A DNA stretch of 57,850 nucleotides, counting the filler, from Catajapyx aquilonaris (lineage: Eukaryota): NCBI GenBank assembly GCA_000934665.2. It is 2 parts of 2 records of this genome, joined end to end, with 100 filler letters (N's around TTAATTAATTAA, not from the genome) between each part and the next. Parts side by side here need not be neighbours in the genome. Positions count along the whole stretch, not along the records: positions 28,914 to 57,850 come from KZ539240.1; 1 more part is not named here. One strand, given 5' to 3'. Positions 56,975 to 57,850 of the stretch are shown piece after piece. The translations under genes and the position numbers were made by a program. The notes under the pieces were generated by a model. It had not been told where the DNA came from, did not search any database, and was given only the letters and a program-made list of their open reading frames with translations. The stretch's first letter is position 1. Each line of letters begins with the position of its first letter.

Positions 56975-57238
56975 TACTCTGAAGGCCCAAGTCAAAACCC
57001 TTTATCTCGGCTTTGTGTCATTTCGAGATATTCGCGTTTGAAGTTTTTTGTTTCCATTATCGTATAATTAGGGAATTGCATGATTTCAATTGGCCAAAAC
57101 TTTGCAAGGGTTGCTCCTACAGTTACATGTTTTGCACCAAATGGTGTGGCTTGCAAAGAGAAGTGCAATGGTGCATTTATCTCCATTTGCTTGTTTTTCG
57201 AAGATACAGGGTTTTAACTTGGGCCGACAGTACTGTAC
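56975..57238. mobile_element. MITE
   Basis: GGCCCAAGTCAAAACCCTTTATCT versus AGATACAGGGTTTTAACTTGGGCC. Confidence 0.65.
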
Positions 57239-57850
57239 TGCATAAAAACTTGACACTTCATGAAGCAACTTATGTGTAATGTAAAACTCACAATAATGAG
57301 CTACATTATTACGTGTATACCAACTGCATATCATGTATTTCAGATTTGAATTCATGGCTGTATGGGTAGGCAAGTCTTGTGGACGCTTTTATTTCCATCA
57401 ATCCTGTTGCCATACATGCAACGGCCTGCTCACCAGAGCTTTCAAGCAGCAACATCAATATAGTTTATGACAGATTTCAAAAATCCTTTTTATTACCTAG
57501 AAAAAGTGAATTATATTTAGCATCAAGGTGGGAATAAGGAGAGTCGTAGGACAAAGGAGGGGCGGAAGGCTGGTTGAGGTGGAGATAAAAAGGATAGGGG
57601 ATTTACATATCTACAATTGTATTGGCATGTTACTGAACTGCAGGTTAGGGTAATACAGGTTAATTTAGTTTAGTTAGTGAATGAACCCAAGGCAACTGAG
57701 GCCATGAGACCTGGGAAGAGGAGAATAGGGAGAAGAAAGTGCAGGATTGGACATACGAGGGCATATCAAAAAGTTTTGGCCCTGAGACAGATGGACACAT
57801 CCCCTTGGACTGTGCTGCCAACATATAGTAGGCACATCTACTACTAGTGC

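Overview
Eukaryotic (arthropod, most likely insect) genomic DNA, AT-rich and intron-containing, with very dense transposon debris. Two spliced protein-coding genes can be rebuilt by hand on the minus strand with consistent GT-AG splice phases. One is Abl interactor (Abi: 7 coding exons, 14211->5214, 429 aa, C-terminal SH3). The other is dystrobrevin (Dyb: at least 13 coding exons, 49069->~32.9 kb, with EF-hand region, ZZ zinc finger and coiled coils; C-terminus ambiguous). A probable third, divergently transcribed spliced + strand transcript starts ~18.9 kb and encodes at most a 25-aa peptide in the exons visible here. An artificial 100-bp spacer (44 N + TTAATTAATTAA + 44 N) at 28814-28913 means the two halves may not be truly adjacent. 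Introns and intergenic DNA hold degenerate mariner elements, many MITE/foldback elements (piggyBac-, Tc1/mariner-, pogo/Tigger-, PIF/Harbinger- and hAT-like) and several tRNA-headed SINE families, often nested. The most unusual observations are (i) two abutting perfect palindromes that look like a hairpin-opening repair footprint, (ii) SINEs with interchangeable head and tail modules, (iii) a MER2-like Tigger element in an arthropod, (iv) a palindromic mariner dimer and (v) the small-ORF/lncRNA candidate. No CRISPR, rRNA or true tRNA genes were found, and I cannot support a wholly new multi-gene system.
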